Position numbers and translations under genes: made by a program
Assembly (NCBI GenBank): GCA_905235605.1
Contig: CAJOMF010000014.1
Location: 4,662-68,661, forward strand
Direction of reading: 5' to 3'
Length of the DNA stretch: 64,000 bases
DNA from: an uncultured bacterium
Lineage (GTDB): Bacteria > UBP6 > UBA1177
In this document: positions 47,798 to 57,129 of the stretch, piece after piece
Layout of the letters: every line of letters starts with the position of its first letter
Numbering within the stretch: position 1 is the stretch's first letter
Notes under the pieces: generated by a model
Told to the model about the DNA's origin: nothing
The model's input: only the letters and a program-made list of their open reading frames with translations
Databases searched by the model: none

Positions 47798-48326
47798 ATT
47801 TTAACTTTTGTTGTTCTTTTTTTGTCGCATCATAGGCTTTTTTGACGCTTTTTTTGACTCCGTTGAAAGGGTTTAAAACGGAGTTTTTTGTCGAGTCTAC
47901 ATCCTCGTCATACCTTGCTGATGCGACCACATTATTTTCGAGATCGGTAAAAATAATGTAAAGAGTCCAGTTCCTCTGGTTGTCTTTGTCAATTTCCTCA
48001 TCAAAGTTTTTGAAAACAGTTCTATAATTCGTCAGGAAATTTTTCGAGTCAGTCTCAATTTTCTCCTTGTCTTTTTTATAACTGAGAACAAAACAGTGGA
48101 TCGGACTGTTCTGATAATAAGAACCAGTGTAATTGTCTCCTTCAAAATCACTGTTGATTTTTTGTCCGTTTATGCAACGCCTGTAATCATTGTTGCTTTG
48201 TCCATATGAGGTGGTGTATACATATGGAAAATCTGCAGTGGATTGCTTTTGCAGAGAAATCTTCTCAGCCCAAACGGCAGTAAAAACGAACAAAATGGCA
48301 AAAACAGCCAAAAATTTCTTTAACAT
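47796..48326 (-). CDS. Small secreted hypothetical protein
   Basis: Start placed at MLKKFLAVFAILFVFTAVWA (signal peptide). Asn/Tyr-rich. Lies between the 276-aa and 506-aa genes. Confidence 0.4.
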   Translation of the reverse strand: MLKKFLAVFAILFVFTAVWAEKISLQKQSTADFPYVYTTSYGQSNNDYRRCINGQKINSDFEGDNYTGSYYQNSPIHCFVLSYKKDKEKIETDSKNFLTNYRTVFKNFDEEIDKDNQRNWTLYIIFTDLENNVVASARYDEDVDSTKNSVLNPFNGVKKSVKKAYDATKKEQQKLK

Positions 48327-48403
48327 TTTTTCCTCCCTTAAGTTTAGATCCGTAATCAACCAAAATTCGAGTCAGAATAGTTAAAAATAGAGATTTGTAA
48401 ATA

Positions 48404-49234
48404 TTATGCGGCTTTGTCGAAAGCCAATATTTTATTGATCAATTTCGACAGTGATTCTTCTTTGAGTAATTTGCCGGTGAACTTTTTTATTGTTTTATGG
48501 TACTGACGTATATCGTATATGACCTCATCTTGCTGCTCTTTGTTTCTGAACCTCAATATCATAAAACGGATGTGTCTCTGGTATGCTTTGAAATCGGAAT
48601 TCACGAAATCATAAAATGTCTTTTCAGGGAAGCGTGTATGGTAAAATATTGCAAATTCGCTTCTTGCTTCCGTCAGATCGGAATAAGACGGCTTGTCACT
48701 GTGTTGGATATCTACTATTTCGTTGTTTATTTTTCTTTGGTTTGATTGAATGAGATCGTAACCTGGGAATTTTTTTGTTTTATCGGAACTCCAGTCTCTG
48801 TCGATGGGTTTTGACGGATCAAAAAACTCTCCCGAAAGGTCGTTGATGTAAAATTCCAGATCTTCGATCCCGATCTGCTTTATTTTGTGCTTTTTCTCCA
48901 TAAACTTCCGGCCTTCAAATGTGATTTCATAACTTTCGCCGTTTTCTTTCAGCAGCTCGTTCTTTATCAGGAAATTGAATTGCATATTCAGAAAACTGTT
49001 GCTGTCTATGCCCAGGAAAGAGCATATTTTCGAATATTCGGTAATACCGTTGTCGACAAGTTTCAGGATCACCATGCTGAAACGGTCGATTTCTCTTTCA
49101 GTTTCAAAAGCGACTTTCTGTTTGCATTTCCAGAACGGGAGATCAATTTCGAAAATGTCTTCCAGCTGGAATCCTTCCGTTGAGTATTCGTCCTTGTAAA
49201 GTTCCCAGATCCTCTGTTTAAGTTCTCTATCCAT
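48404..49234 (-). CDS. Hypothetical 276-aa protein (possible wHTH), translationally coupled to the upstream helicase
   Basis: 8-nt overlap with the helicase stop (…ATGGATAG…). Central segment resembles a winged helix. Confidence 0.45.
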   Translation of the reverse strand: MDRELKQRIWELYKDEYSTEGFQLEDIFEIDLPFWKCKQKVAFETEREIDRFSMVILKLVDNGITEYSKICSFLGIDSNSFLNMQFNFLIKNELLKENGESYEITFEGRKFMEKKHKIKQIGIEDLEFYINDLSGEFFDPSKPIDRDWSSDKTKKFPGYDLIQSNQRKINNEIVDIQHSDKPSYSDLTEARSEFAIFYHTRFPEKTFYDFVNSDFKAYQRHIRFMILRFRNKEQQDEVIYDIRQYHKTIKKFTGKLLKEESLSKLINKILAFDKAA

Positions 49235-52214
49235 TGAAAACCTCCTCCAAACTGTTGAATATAAGACCTTCTTTCTGAAGTTTTTCTGCTATTTTCTGCA
49301 ATTTGAATTCCGGAAAATCCTCCGACGGGGTGAATGTCGCCCTGTTCAGGAGGTAATCGCTGTCTCCGACTACGAACAGCAGGCGTTTCGCTCTCGAAAA
49401 TGCGACGTTGATCCTTCGGTAATCGGCTAAAAATCCGATGTTGTCCTGCCCCTGAGCACTTCTGACGATGTCGTAGATTATGATATCGCGTTCGGCTCCC
49501 TGAAATTTGTCGACAGTCTTTATTTCTATGAGGGGCTCACCCTTTTCCGTTACGAAATTACGGTATTTTTTCAGATTGATCTTCTGCTTCAGAAGCTCCA
49601 CCTGACCTTTGTAGGCGGCTATAACACCAATAGTGAGCGGCTTCTCTTTTTTCGTATTGGACGGATAAAGCGAGTTGAGTTTTTCAAGCAGTTCTTTTAT
49701 GGCTTCGACATTGCACTGGTTCTGGCGGAAGAATTTGTTGCCGTTGTCGTAAGGCTGAGGTCTTTGGGAAGTGCTCAAAAACGCTATGGATGTCGGTTTT
49801 TTCAAATTCAGACCATGTGCCTTGTCGGCATCGAAGCCGGGAATATCAGGGTTTTTGAGTTTGCCGTCGTAAAAGAATTCCGAGATCAGGCTCCCGATCT
49901 GTTTAGGCATCCGGTACTGGATATCGAGCATTCTTATGAAACGCTCGTTCGGAGTTCCCTGAAATCCTTTTTTTATTTTTTCGAAAAGACTGACTCCGTA
50001 GGTTTTGTCTATATCGAGACCGTCGTCTTCCATTTTTTCTCTGACATTCTTTCTTACAGCTTCTTCTCTTGTGATAACTGGCGGAAGCTGCCTGTCATCT
50101 CCTATCATTATGATGTTTTTCCCCATGCTCAAAGGGACAAGCGATTCTGCAGGGGTGGCTTTGCTGCTTTCATCCATTATTACATAGTCGAATTCAAAAT
50201 GTATATTCCGATATTTGCTGCTTGCGATATGGATGCATGTCGCTCCGACAACATTCGTGTTGTTAAGCATCGCGCTCAGGAGATCTATCTTTTCGCTTCC
50301 GTTGTCCAGCAGTGCTTTGTTTTTGAGCAGACCGTTGCCTATAAATGCAAGCCAATCTTTATTTATCTCAAGCAATATCCCGTTTTGGTCTTTGTCCGCG
50401 AACTCTTTTGAAAAATTTTCCGATGATGTTTTTGCCGTGTCGTTTATGTATTTTTCCAGCTTTTTTTCGAAGCAGTGCTGTTTCATCAGAATCGAAACAT
50501 TGTCCTTTTCCAAAGCGTTGTCACTTGCCAGCCGCATGAATGTCACATCTTTTTCTCCAGCAAGTTTTTCCAGGACGTTGTCCACTGCCAGATTCGACTG
50601 GGATGTCAGCAGGATCCTGACGTTTTTATTCTGTTTGATCAATTGGAGTATGATCTCAAGGATAACTGTCGTCTTGCCTGTTCCGGGAGGGCCTTGAATG
50701 AGGTATATCGGTTTGTAGTTGATCGCATCGACAACAGCTTCCAATTGAGATTCATCGTTTTCCAGCTTAGGATTGAAAAGATCATTCAGAATGTCGGCAT
50801 GATCCGATGGATGGATTCTGCAAGGTATTTCGCTTTCAGGCGTGGTTACTATGTCACACAGTTGTTTATTCACAATATCGCGCTGTTGAAATTGCTGACA
50901 GGCCTCTATCTGCTTTTTAAACTGGCTCGTTTTTTGATTGGTGTCTTCTGTAATGGTCCATGATTCAGGGATTTCTTCAATATTCCGTTTTGGATCTTTT
51001 ATCGTTATAGTTCCATCTTCCGGGCCGTAGTCGAGGATCTCACCGATCAGCGGAAGCGGAGGTTTTTTGCTCTGTAAAAACACTTTCGTTTGTTCATTTT
51101 TCAGTTCTTTGATCTTGCCCCAGTTGATCCCAGTATAGTCCTTTAAATAGAAGATCAAATCACCGTTGTCGCTTTCTTCTACCTTGTCATACTTTACTGC
51201 AAAGGCATTTTCTTCGATGTAGCGTTTTTCCGACTGAGGCAGTTCCTTCCAAATCTCCAATTCATTTTGTTGAGTCCGGTTCAATTCAGACAGCCTGTTG
51301 CTTTTCACTGCTGAGCGGAAATGGCGGCTCAATGGTGGCAGTTTTTTCAGCAGATCTATCAGATCTGCATACTTAGAAAAACGTTCGGTGCGTTCCTCTG
51401 CCAATGACCCAGACAGTATCAGATCGATGGTCTCCTTATGGTCTTCAGTCGCATAATTCTCTCTGATAAAATCCTCGAAAGTCTTTATGAGAGAGTAGAT
51501 ATCATCCTGAAAATTTATCCGGCCGTTTCTGCTAGAAAGATATCTTTTTGCTCCAGCAGAAAGATAATTTTGATCAAGCAGTCCTTCATCGGCGAAGATG
51601 TCGAAAAGTTTTGCGAAAAGGAGTTCTGCACGTCCCTCATCGTCAATTTTGATGTATTTTGGTGATATTATGAATTTCTCTGAATTCTCGTTTTTCTTGA
51701 ACCAATCGAGGCCGAGAGCAATATTGGTAACATCGGTGATATCAACTTTTTCGGCGGATTCTTCAAGCATGTTGTCTCCGAAATTCTCATAAACTATGTA
51801 ATAAAAATGCTGATTTTCATCGTATCCTGTATCCATGATCTTTACAAATCCAGGGATCTCTTTGTCAATCAAAGGCTTTATTTCGTAATCAAGGATCCTT
51901 TTTATCTTTCTGGCGTTTGTTTCCGTTTCTTTTATCATCAGAATGTCAAAGATTTCGCCTTCACGGTTTTCGCACCCTTCGAAAAAACGGAGGTTGGAAC
52001 TTAATTCTTTCGAAGCTGAGATAACGGTGTAATTTCCTATCGTTTCTGTGCCCGATATGTCATTTGCTGCACTCTCTTCCTCTTCTTCAAAGACCTCTTC
52101 GGAATCAAAATCCATGCTTAATGATTCATAAGAAAAGAAACGGTCGGATCTCCCCGAATAGGTGAGTTCTTCGATCGGTTCTCCGAGATAGAATAAATTC
52201 GAGTTTTTTTTCAT
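49227..52214 (-). CDS. Upf1-like SF1B helicase (DNA2/NAM7, AAA_11/AAA_12-type) with roughly 480-aa uncharacterised N-terminal domain
   Basis: Walker A GPPGTGKTT. Motif II VIMDESSKA. Motif III/IV region. Motif VI KFQGAERDIIIYDIVRS. Start placed at MKKNSNLF (ATG 52214) after GGAGG. N-terminal half has no clear family but shows a kinase-like beta3-K / hinge pattern. Confidence 0.7.
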   Translation of the reverse strand: MKKNSNLFYLGEPIEELTYSGRSDRFFSYESLSMDFDSEEVFEEEEESAANDISGTETIGNYTVISASKELSSNLRFFEGCENREGEIFDILMIKETETNARKIKRILDYEIKPLIDKEIPGFVKIMDTGYDENQHFYYIVYENFGDNMLEESAEKVDITDVTNIALGLDWFKKNENSEKFIISPKYIKIDDEGRAELLFAKLFDIFADEGLLDQNYLSAGAKRYLSSRNGRINFQDDIYSLIKTFEDFIRENYATEDHKETIDLILSGSLAEERTERFSKYADLIDLLKKLPPLSRHFRSAVKSNRLSELNRTQQNELEIWKELPQSEKRYIEENAFAVKYDKVEESDNGDLIFYLKDYTGINWGKIKELKNEQTKVFLQSKKPPLPLIGEILDYGPEDGTITIKDPKRNIEEIPESWTITEDTNQKTSQFKKQIEACQQFQQRDIVNKQLCDIVTTPESEIPCRIHPSDHADILNDLFNPKLENDESQLEAVVDAINYKPIYLIQGPPGTGKTTVILEIILQLIKQNKNVRILLTSQSNLAVDNVLEKLAGEKDVTFMRLASDNALEKDNVSILMKQHCFEKKLEKYINDTAKTSSENFSKEFADKDQNGILLEINKDWLAFIGNGLLKNKALLDNGSEKIDLLSAMLNNTNVVGATCIHIASSKYRNIHFEFDYVIMDESSKATPAESLVPLSMGKNIIMIGDDRQLPPVITREEAVRKNVREKMEDDGLDIDKTYGVSLFEKIKKGFQGTPNERFIRMLDIQYRMPKQIGSLISEFFYDGKLKNPDIPGFDADKAHGLNLKKPTSIAFLSTSQRPQPYDNGNKFFRQNQCNVEAIKELLEKLNSLYPSNTKKEKPLTIGVIAAYKGQVELLKQKINLKKYRNFVTEKGEPLIEIKTVDKFQGAERDIIIYDIVRSAQGQDNIGFLADYRRINVAFSRAKRLLFVVGDSDYLLNRATFTPSEDFPEFKLQKIAEKLQKEGLIFNSLEEVFNG

Positions 52215-52251
52215 TTTTTCCTCCTTGAGAAGCGTTACATCCAACACCACT

Positions 52252-52284
52252 TATAAGCGGTGAAAAATCCCTGAGTTGACAAAA
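52252..52284. promoter_or_regulatory. Island-specific conserved motif, copy 3
   Basis: TATAAGCGGTGAAAAATCCCTGAGTTGACAAAA, 38 nt 5' of the helicase start. Confidence 0.5.
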
Positions 52285-52314
52285 AATCTGTGCAAAAAGC
52301 TTAAGGCTGTTAAA

Positions 52315-54048
52315 TTATTGGTTGTTTCTCACACACACAACTTTGAGTTTATAGTCGAGAATGTAGGGAAAATCTGCCGAATGTGCTCCTCCGCGATTGT
52401 ATGCGTCAATAAGCATCGTCATGTGGCCGACTCTGGCGTTCATAAAGTCAACGCCCCATGCTTCTTTAGTGTTTTCCGGGTCGAGAGTTGATGACCAGAA
52501 GGCCTCAATTGAGCCGGTTTTGCTGAATTTGGGATCGTTTATTTCTTCCAAAAGTTGTTTTTGGGTTTCTTCTCCGAGCTCATAGTATTCCGTTTTTGCC
52601 GTCAGAGTGTTGATTTTACCGCACCCGTTGCAGTCTTTGCTCCAGCATTTTTCATTAAGGCACTGTCTGTTTTCGCTGATTCTGCACCTGCCTCCCAATT
52701 TGGTTTTGTCGCAGTTGTGAATAAGCGTGCGCAATTCGTCTATGTTTGGCAGGTGCCAGTCGGAATTGTTGTTTTCTGTAAGGTTTGAGCAGTAATTCTG
52801 TGCTTCTTCCCATGTCATCGGATCGGCTGCAACGGACGACCACTTCAAAGACTTGGGATTTGGCAATGATTTCACAGGTTTCCTTTTAGGTTTAACCTTG
52901 AAATCGTCATCTTTTCTGTCGCGGACGCAGATCACATCTGTATCGTGGTTTATCACCGGCACATAAAGAGCGAGGTCGAGCACCGGACTGTATGTCCAGC
53001 CGAACCGGTCTGGCCTTGCATGAGAGCCGTCCCAGATACTGTTTGCCGTGAGAGCCCTTATCCCGTGAGTTCTTCTTGCAGCAAGGAAAAAACTTTCATC
53101 TGCATCTTTTTCCGGCTTTTTATATCTGCCGTGCAGCGATTTTAATTCTTCTATTGTCGGCTGGCGCCAGTCGCTGAAACCTCCTTCTCTTAAAGATTCA
53201 CAGTATGCATAGGCATCATGCACCCCGAAAGTATTGTTCACGCAGTCACGATACAGGTATCCGCAGGGAATTTCCCGTTCTTCGTTTTCTTCGCAGATCC
53301 AGCTTTCATCGCAAAGTCCTTTTGCTGCGGTGTACATGATGTGCCGATCTGCAAGCAGCGCTGCTGTGTAGTTTTTCTTTTTCGACACCGTGCTTTCAGA
53401 CCACTGCAGTTTGTCAGGATCGATGGTTTTTTCTATTTCAATTTTTTTCTCTGCGGCAAAGTCTTTCGGGTAAGATTCCCTGACGCACGCAACATTGCAG
53501 AGATCCCGCATACACGGGCGGCACGGATGCCAGTCAGGATCGGCAAGGCAGCTTTTTCCGCTAACCATCCCGTAACCGTTAAACCAGTTCTGGTCATTTT
53601 CCTTTTCGTTGAAAGACCAGAAACAGCTGTCGTAAAGGTAAAATCCGTTGACATAAGTCCGCAATGTGTCAGCCTCTTTTTCTGTGTAGAATATGCCGCT
53701 TCCCTCCTTGAATACTGAACAATCTTTCATTATTGATTTCAATTCCTCGGTTGTCGGCGGTCTCCAGTCGGAAAAACCGTCTTCGCGCAGCTCTTCGCAG
53801 TATTCTGCGATGGTGTCGTAATACATCGGTCCGGGAGAGGGCTGCGACCACATAAGATTTGGAGCGACATCGGTTTTTACAGTGGACTGCTTCTCACGGC
53901 GTATGGCAGGATCGGGATCATTTTCAGTGTCTTGAAGCAGAATTATGTCTTCGTTTTTTGGTTTCTGAACCTCTTCTTTTGAAGAACAGCCGGACATCAA
54001 GCAGAGTGTAATCATGCAAAGGTGTAAGATCATTGAGATATTTTTCAT
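52315..54048 (-). CDS. Secreted lipoprotein with three DUF1566 / Fib_succ_major domains
   Basis: Lipobox LMSGCSS. Three copies of the YCEELREDGFSDWRPPTTEELKSI / YCESLREGGFSDWRQPTIEELKSL / YCSNLTENNNSDWHLPNIDELRTL signature. Confidence 0.7.
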   Translation of the reverse strand: MKNISMILHLCMITLCLMSGCSSKEEVQKPKNEDIILLQDTENDPDPAIRREKQSTVKTDVAPNLMWSQPSPGPMYYDTIAEYCEELREDGFSDWRPPTTEELKSIMKDCSVFKEGSGIFYTEKEADTLRTYVNGFYLYDSCFWSFNEKENDQNWFNGYGMVSGKSCLADPDWHPCRPCMRDLCNVACVRESYPKDFAAEKKIEIEKTIDPDKLQWSESTVSKKKNYTAALLADRHIMYTAAKGLCDESWICEENEEREIPCGYLYRDCVNNTFGVHDAYAYCESLREGGFSDWRQPTIEELKSLHGRYKKPEKDADESFFLAARRTHGIRALTANSIWDGSHARPDRFGWTYSPVLDLALYVPVINHDTDVICVRDRKDDDFKVKPKRKPVKSLPNPKSLKWSSVAADPMTWEEAQNYCSNLTENNNSDWHLPNIDELRTLIHNCDKTKLGGRCRISENRQCLNEKCWSKDCNGCGKINTLTAKTEYYELGEETQKQLLEEINDPKFSKTGSIEAFWSSTLDPENTKEAWGVDFMNARVGHMTMLIDAYNRGGAHSADFPYILDYKLKVVCVRNNQ

Positions 54049-54073
54049 CGTTTCCCTCCGTTATGTGGTTGTT

Positions 54074-54364
54074 TTAGGCAACGCAAAGAAGACGGTATTC
54101 TTCGTGCCATGTTCTGTCGTCTTCAAAAGCGATAATGTTTCTGAGTTTTCGTCTGAATTCGCGCTGAGGTTTGTCACTTTTGTAGAAGGAATAGTGCGTA
54201 AGGTGGTAACAGCCGCATTTTGAGCAGTAATATTTCCTTTTCGGGATCTCGTTCGCGTGTCCGCATTTTTTTGCTCCGTTGAGAGCGTTTCCCGCTTCTC
54301 TTTCAGTGTAGCAGATCTTTCCCGTGCTTTTGCATCTCAAATCTCTTCCGAAATCGTCTTTCAT
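54074..54364 (-). CDS. Small zinc-ribbon protein (CxxxxxxC … CSKCGC)
   Basis: 96 aa, basic, two Cys clusters. GGAGGG RBS. Island motif copy 4 lies 44 nt upstream. Confidence 0.4.
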   Translation of the reverse strand: MKDDFGRDLRCKSTGKICYTEREAGNALNGAKKCGHANEIPKRKYYCSKCGCYHLTHYSFYKSDKPQREFRRKLRNIIAFEDDRTWHEEYRLLCVA

Positions 54365-54407
54365 CTTTTCCCTCCATTTGTCTTGTCAATCAAACGCCTA
54401 CACGACA

Positions 54408-54440
54408 TGTAAGGGGTGGAAAATGAGAGAGTTGACAAAA
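54408..54440. promoter_or_regulatory. Island-specific conserved motif, copy 4 (degenerate 5' half)
   Basis: TGTAAGGGGTGGAAAATGAGAGAGTTGACAAAA. Confidence 0.45.
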
Positions 54441-54454
54441 TTTGCCTCCTTTTT

Positions 54455-55012
54455 TCATACTAAAGTGTTAAAAAGCCTGTCCCCAGTGTCTGGTCCTATG
54501 CCGTTTTTTTGAGTCAAAACTTTTTGACCGACAAAAGAATTATTTGAAACTCTGACTGTAAAAACTTCATAATCGTTGAATTTTTTAATAGATTTCTCGC
54601 ACAAAACATTCGTGACAATTTTAATTTTATCTTTTGGAATCTCAGATTTTTCGATTGCACTCAAAATGCCCTTTCCTGAATTGATAACTGCATCTACGAA
54701 AATAACGTCTTTGTTGAAAAGCAGCAGTTTGTTTTTCTCAAAAAAATCCTTGTCTGTTTTGTCATCGTAAAATGTTACGGCACAATCCAGACAATCTGCA
54801 AAACCTAAAGCCATTGGAATCCCAGCCCTTATTAAAGCTATGATTATGGAATCTTTTGTGAAGTGATTTTTAAAATATTTCCCTAATGCAAATCCCAAAT
54901 CAATATGAGCATGTCTCAATTCAGCTCCAGTTTTTTGAGAGTCACTTTTGCAAATACTGATTGCGTCAACAATTTTATCTGTTGAAAAATTTTCGCTTAA
55001 AACATACAGCAT
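54455..55012 (-). CDS. Uracil phosphoribosyltransferase-like PRTase (Upp family)
   Basis: PRPP-binding loop VIFVDAVINSGKG. C-terminal GIGPDTGDRLFNT matches the Upp tail (GLGDAGDRLFGT). GAGGAG RBS. 2-nt gap to the upstream gene. Confidence 0.65.
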   Translation of the reverse strand: MLYVLSENFSTDKIVDAISICKSDSQKTGAELRHAHIDLGFALGKYFKNHFTKDSIIIALIRAGIPMALGFADCLDCAVTFYDDKTDKDFFEKNKLLLFNKDVIFVDAVINSGKGILSAIEKSEIPKDKIKIVTNVLCEKSIKKFNDYEVFTVRVSNNSFVGQKVLTQKNGIGPDTGDRLFNTLV

Positions 55013-55014
55013 TA

Positions 55015-56220
55015 CTATTCTCCTCTGATTCCTTTATATTGATTTTCATTCCCTGCAAACTGTCGTATTGCGGTGTTTCTATGATTATCAATGTATGTTT
55101 GTACAGCAGGTCTTATTTTCCCTGGAGCCCAGAGGTAGCCGCTTGACATTTCAAGCATATAAATGTCGCACATGCTGTCTCCGGCACTAAAAACTTCGTA
55201 ATTTTGTAACAGAAGCAATTCTACGACATAACCTTTGACAAAATCCGAGATAAGATTCTTTGAGTTTTGGTTGAGATCGTTGCCTATTACCATTTCAAAT
55301 AAATGATGCTCTGCATTGAATTGATTCCAAAATTTATATATTCCAGAGGTGAGTCCAAACACGTGATACCCAGAAGTTTTTAAAGATTTTAGTTTTTCGA
55401 TGACGATATTATTGGCATGAAATAAAGAGGTCTTAGGGTGTTTTTTGAAGTTCTTGTATAATTCCTTTTGTCGCCAAAACTGATATACAGAATAGATATC
55501 GTCTGTAAAAATGGTTTTTAATATTGCAGGATCGGTGTTGTTGAGTTCAAAAAACGGAATAGTCGAATCCTCTTTAATGATGGTCTTGTCACAATCAAAT
55601 ATGGCGATTTTTTTAAATTTGTTTGGGTCGGAGCGTGTGTTCTCAATTTGAGAAACAATTCTTTGAGCTATGTTCATAGGTGTTAATTCAGGGAAACAAT
55701 CCATGTATTCATGCAAAAACTTCATGTCCAGATCAAAATCAGCATCCAGAACAATGAATTCTTTACGAGATTTGAAGCATATATCTCTAAGTTCCGAAAT
55801 CTCTTTTAATTGCCAATCTTTTATTTGTTGTTCCGTAAGATTTCTAAATTTTTGATTTTTCTGGCTTAAATTTATTCTTTCTTTTGCAATAGATGGATTG
55901 ACGTGCAGGTACAAAAATATGTCGTACAACTTACAATCGTTTTCTGTGCAAACAATTTTAAAACTTTGAGAATCAGGAAAACAATAGTGACCATCGACAA
56001 TAAAATCCTGTTGATTTTTTAATTCTTCTGCGAAAATAGTTCTTGTCCTTTTTTGAAGTTCGGAATCTAATTCCTGAAAATTTTTGCAATATATCCTGTT
56101 AGATATGATGTTTAATTGCTCAGATCCTTTCTTGTGGCAGTATTGCGGAAAATGACGAAGAAATTTTTCTATAAACGTGTCTTTCCCGGCACAGGAAATT
56201 CCATATACAGCAATCTTCAT
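55015..56220 (-). CDS. Fusion of a P-loop nucleoside/nucleotide kinase-like domain (Udk/NRK-like) and a HAD-superfamily phosphatase domain
   Basis: N-terminal KIAVYGISCAGKDT P-loop. C-terminal HAD motif I IAIFDCDKTII (DxDxT) and motif IV GDSMCD. ATGA overlap with the radical SAM gene. Confidence 0.6.
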   Translation of the reverse strand: MKIAVYGISCAGKDTFIEKFLRHFPQYCHKKGSEQLNIISNRIYCKNFQELDSELQKRTRTIFAEELKNQQDFIVDGHYCFPDSQSFKIVCTENDCKLYDIFLYLHVNPSIAKERINLSQKNQKFRNLTEQQIKDWQLKEISELRDICFKSRKEFIVLDADFDLDMKFLHEYMDCFPELTPMNIAQRIVSQIENTRSDPNKFKKIAIFDCDKTIIKEDSTIPFFELNNTDPAILKTIFTDDIYSVYQFWRQKELYKNFKKHPKTSLFHANNIVIEKLKSLKTSGYHVFGLTSGIYKFWNQFNAEHHLFEMVIGNDLNQNSKNLISDFVKGYVVELLLLQNYEVFSAGDSMCDIYMLEMSSGYLWAPGKIRPAVQTYIDNHRNTAIRQFAGNENQYKGIRGE

Positions 56221-57128
56221 TTTATATCCCCTATATATTTGTCAAAATAGCATTCCCCGTCATTAAGCTGCTTAAATCGTTGCATGGATTTTTCTACCGA
56301 TATTAACGAATCTGACGCCTTGCCTATTTCATATTCAGGTAGTCCGATGAATCTGCCGCAAGGGTATATTTTATTGTTCGCATAAAAAATGTTTGTTTTT
56401 CCGACCCCGCATAACTGACCATACATCGTGCAGTCGTATCGTTTGGGTTTGCGCAACTGTCTCAGTAACAGTTTTTTTTGAGAGGCCTCCTCTATAAATT
56501 TAATAAAATCGCCTTTGGATATGTATAAATCCGGAGATTTTTCATCCACAAGTCTGGAAAAGCAGACTTCGGAAAAATTCTGCTCAAAAAATCTAAGAGT
56601 TTCTGTTTCGCTGCTCAGTGTTCCTTTGTGAACAGTTGCATTTACGGAAGGTGTTTCCTGAAAGATTTTTTTATATAGATTTATAGAGTTCATTACAATG
56701 TCAAAGGAGCCTTTTCCGTAGGCAAGTGTTCTGCATGAATCATGTAGATTTTTATCGCCGTCTATGGAAAAACATAGTTTTATTAAATCCCGATTGTTGT
56801 GGAACCACCGGATAATATTTTCTGTGGCAGAGATCCCGTTGGTTATGGTGTAAAAAGACAGCAGTTTATGTTTGGCGATCAGCCTGGTATACGAGACAGC
56901 TTCTTGTATTAAATCAAACCGGATTAACGGTTCCCCTGCGCCGACAAGTCCGATTTTGAAATTTATCTTGTTCTCTTCTGAATAAGCAACAATGTTGGAT
57001 ATAATATTGAGCAGAACTTCTGTAGAAATGTCATTGCAAGACTGCTTTGAAACATGCTTGTCAAAGTGGCAGTATCTGCAGCGAAGTTGGCATTTGCCTG
57101 TTATGGAAATACAAGCTCTGTCAATCAT
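56217..57128 (-). CDS. Radical SAM enzyme, MoaA/viperin-like (CxxxCxxC near N-terminus, GAGEPL)
   Basis: ISITGKCQLRCRYC (CX3CX2C) resembles the MoaA N-terminus (ISVTDRCNLRCTYC). …NKINFKIGLVGAGEPL… resembles viperin/MoaA (EKINFSGGEPF). C-terminal Cys pair. Start at MIDRAC (ATG 57128) after GAGG. Confidence 0.7.
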   Translation of the reverse strand: MIDRACISITGKCQLRCRYCHFDKHVSKQSCNDISTEVLLNIISNIVAYSEENKINFKIGLVGAGEPLIRFDLIQEAVSYTRLIAKHKLLSFYTITNGISATENIIRWFHNNRDLIKLCFSIDGDKNLHDSCRTLAYGKGSFDIVMNSINLYKKIFQETPSVNATVHKGTLSSETETLRFFEQNFSEVCFSRLVDEKSPDLYISKGDFIKFIEEASQKKLLLRQLRKPKRYDCTMYGQLCGVGKTNIFYANNKIYPCGRFIGLPEYEIGKASDSLISVEKSMQRFKQLNDGECYFDKYIGDIK

Positions 57129-57129
57129 T

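Noticed and set aside
56217-57128. Radical SAM gene as housekeeping MoaA (molybdenum cofactor)
   Set aside because: No moaC/moaB/moeA/mog neighbours. It is embedded with a kinase-HAD, a PRTase and an HTH-PIN protein in a low-GC island. The C-terminal region lacks the MoaA GG motif tail on visual inspection. It is therefore kept as MoaA/viperin-like with unknown function.
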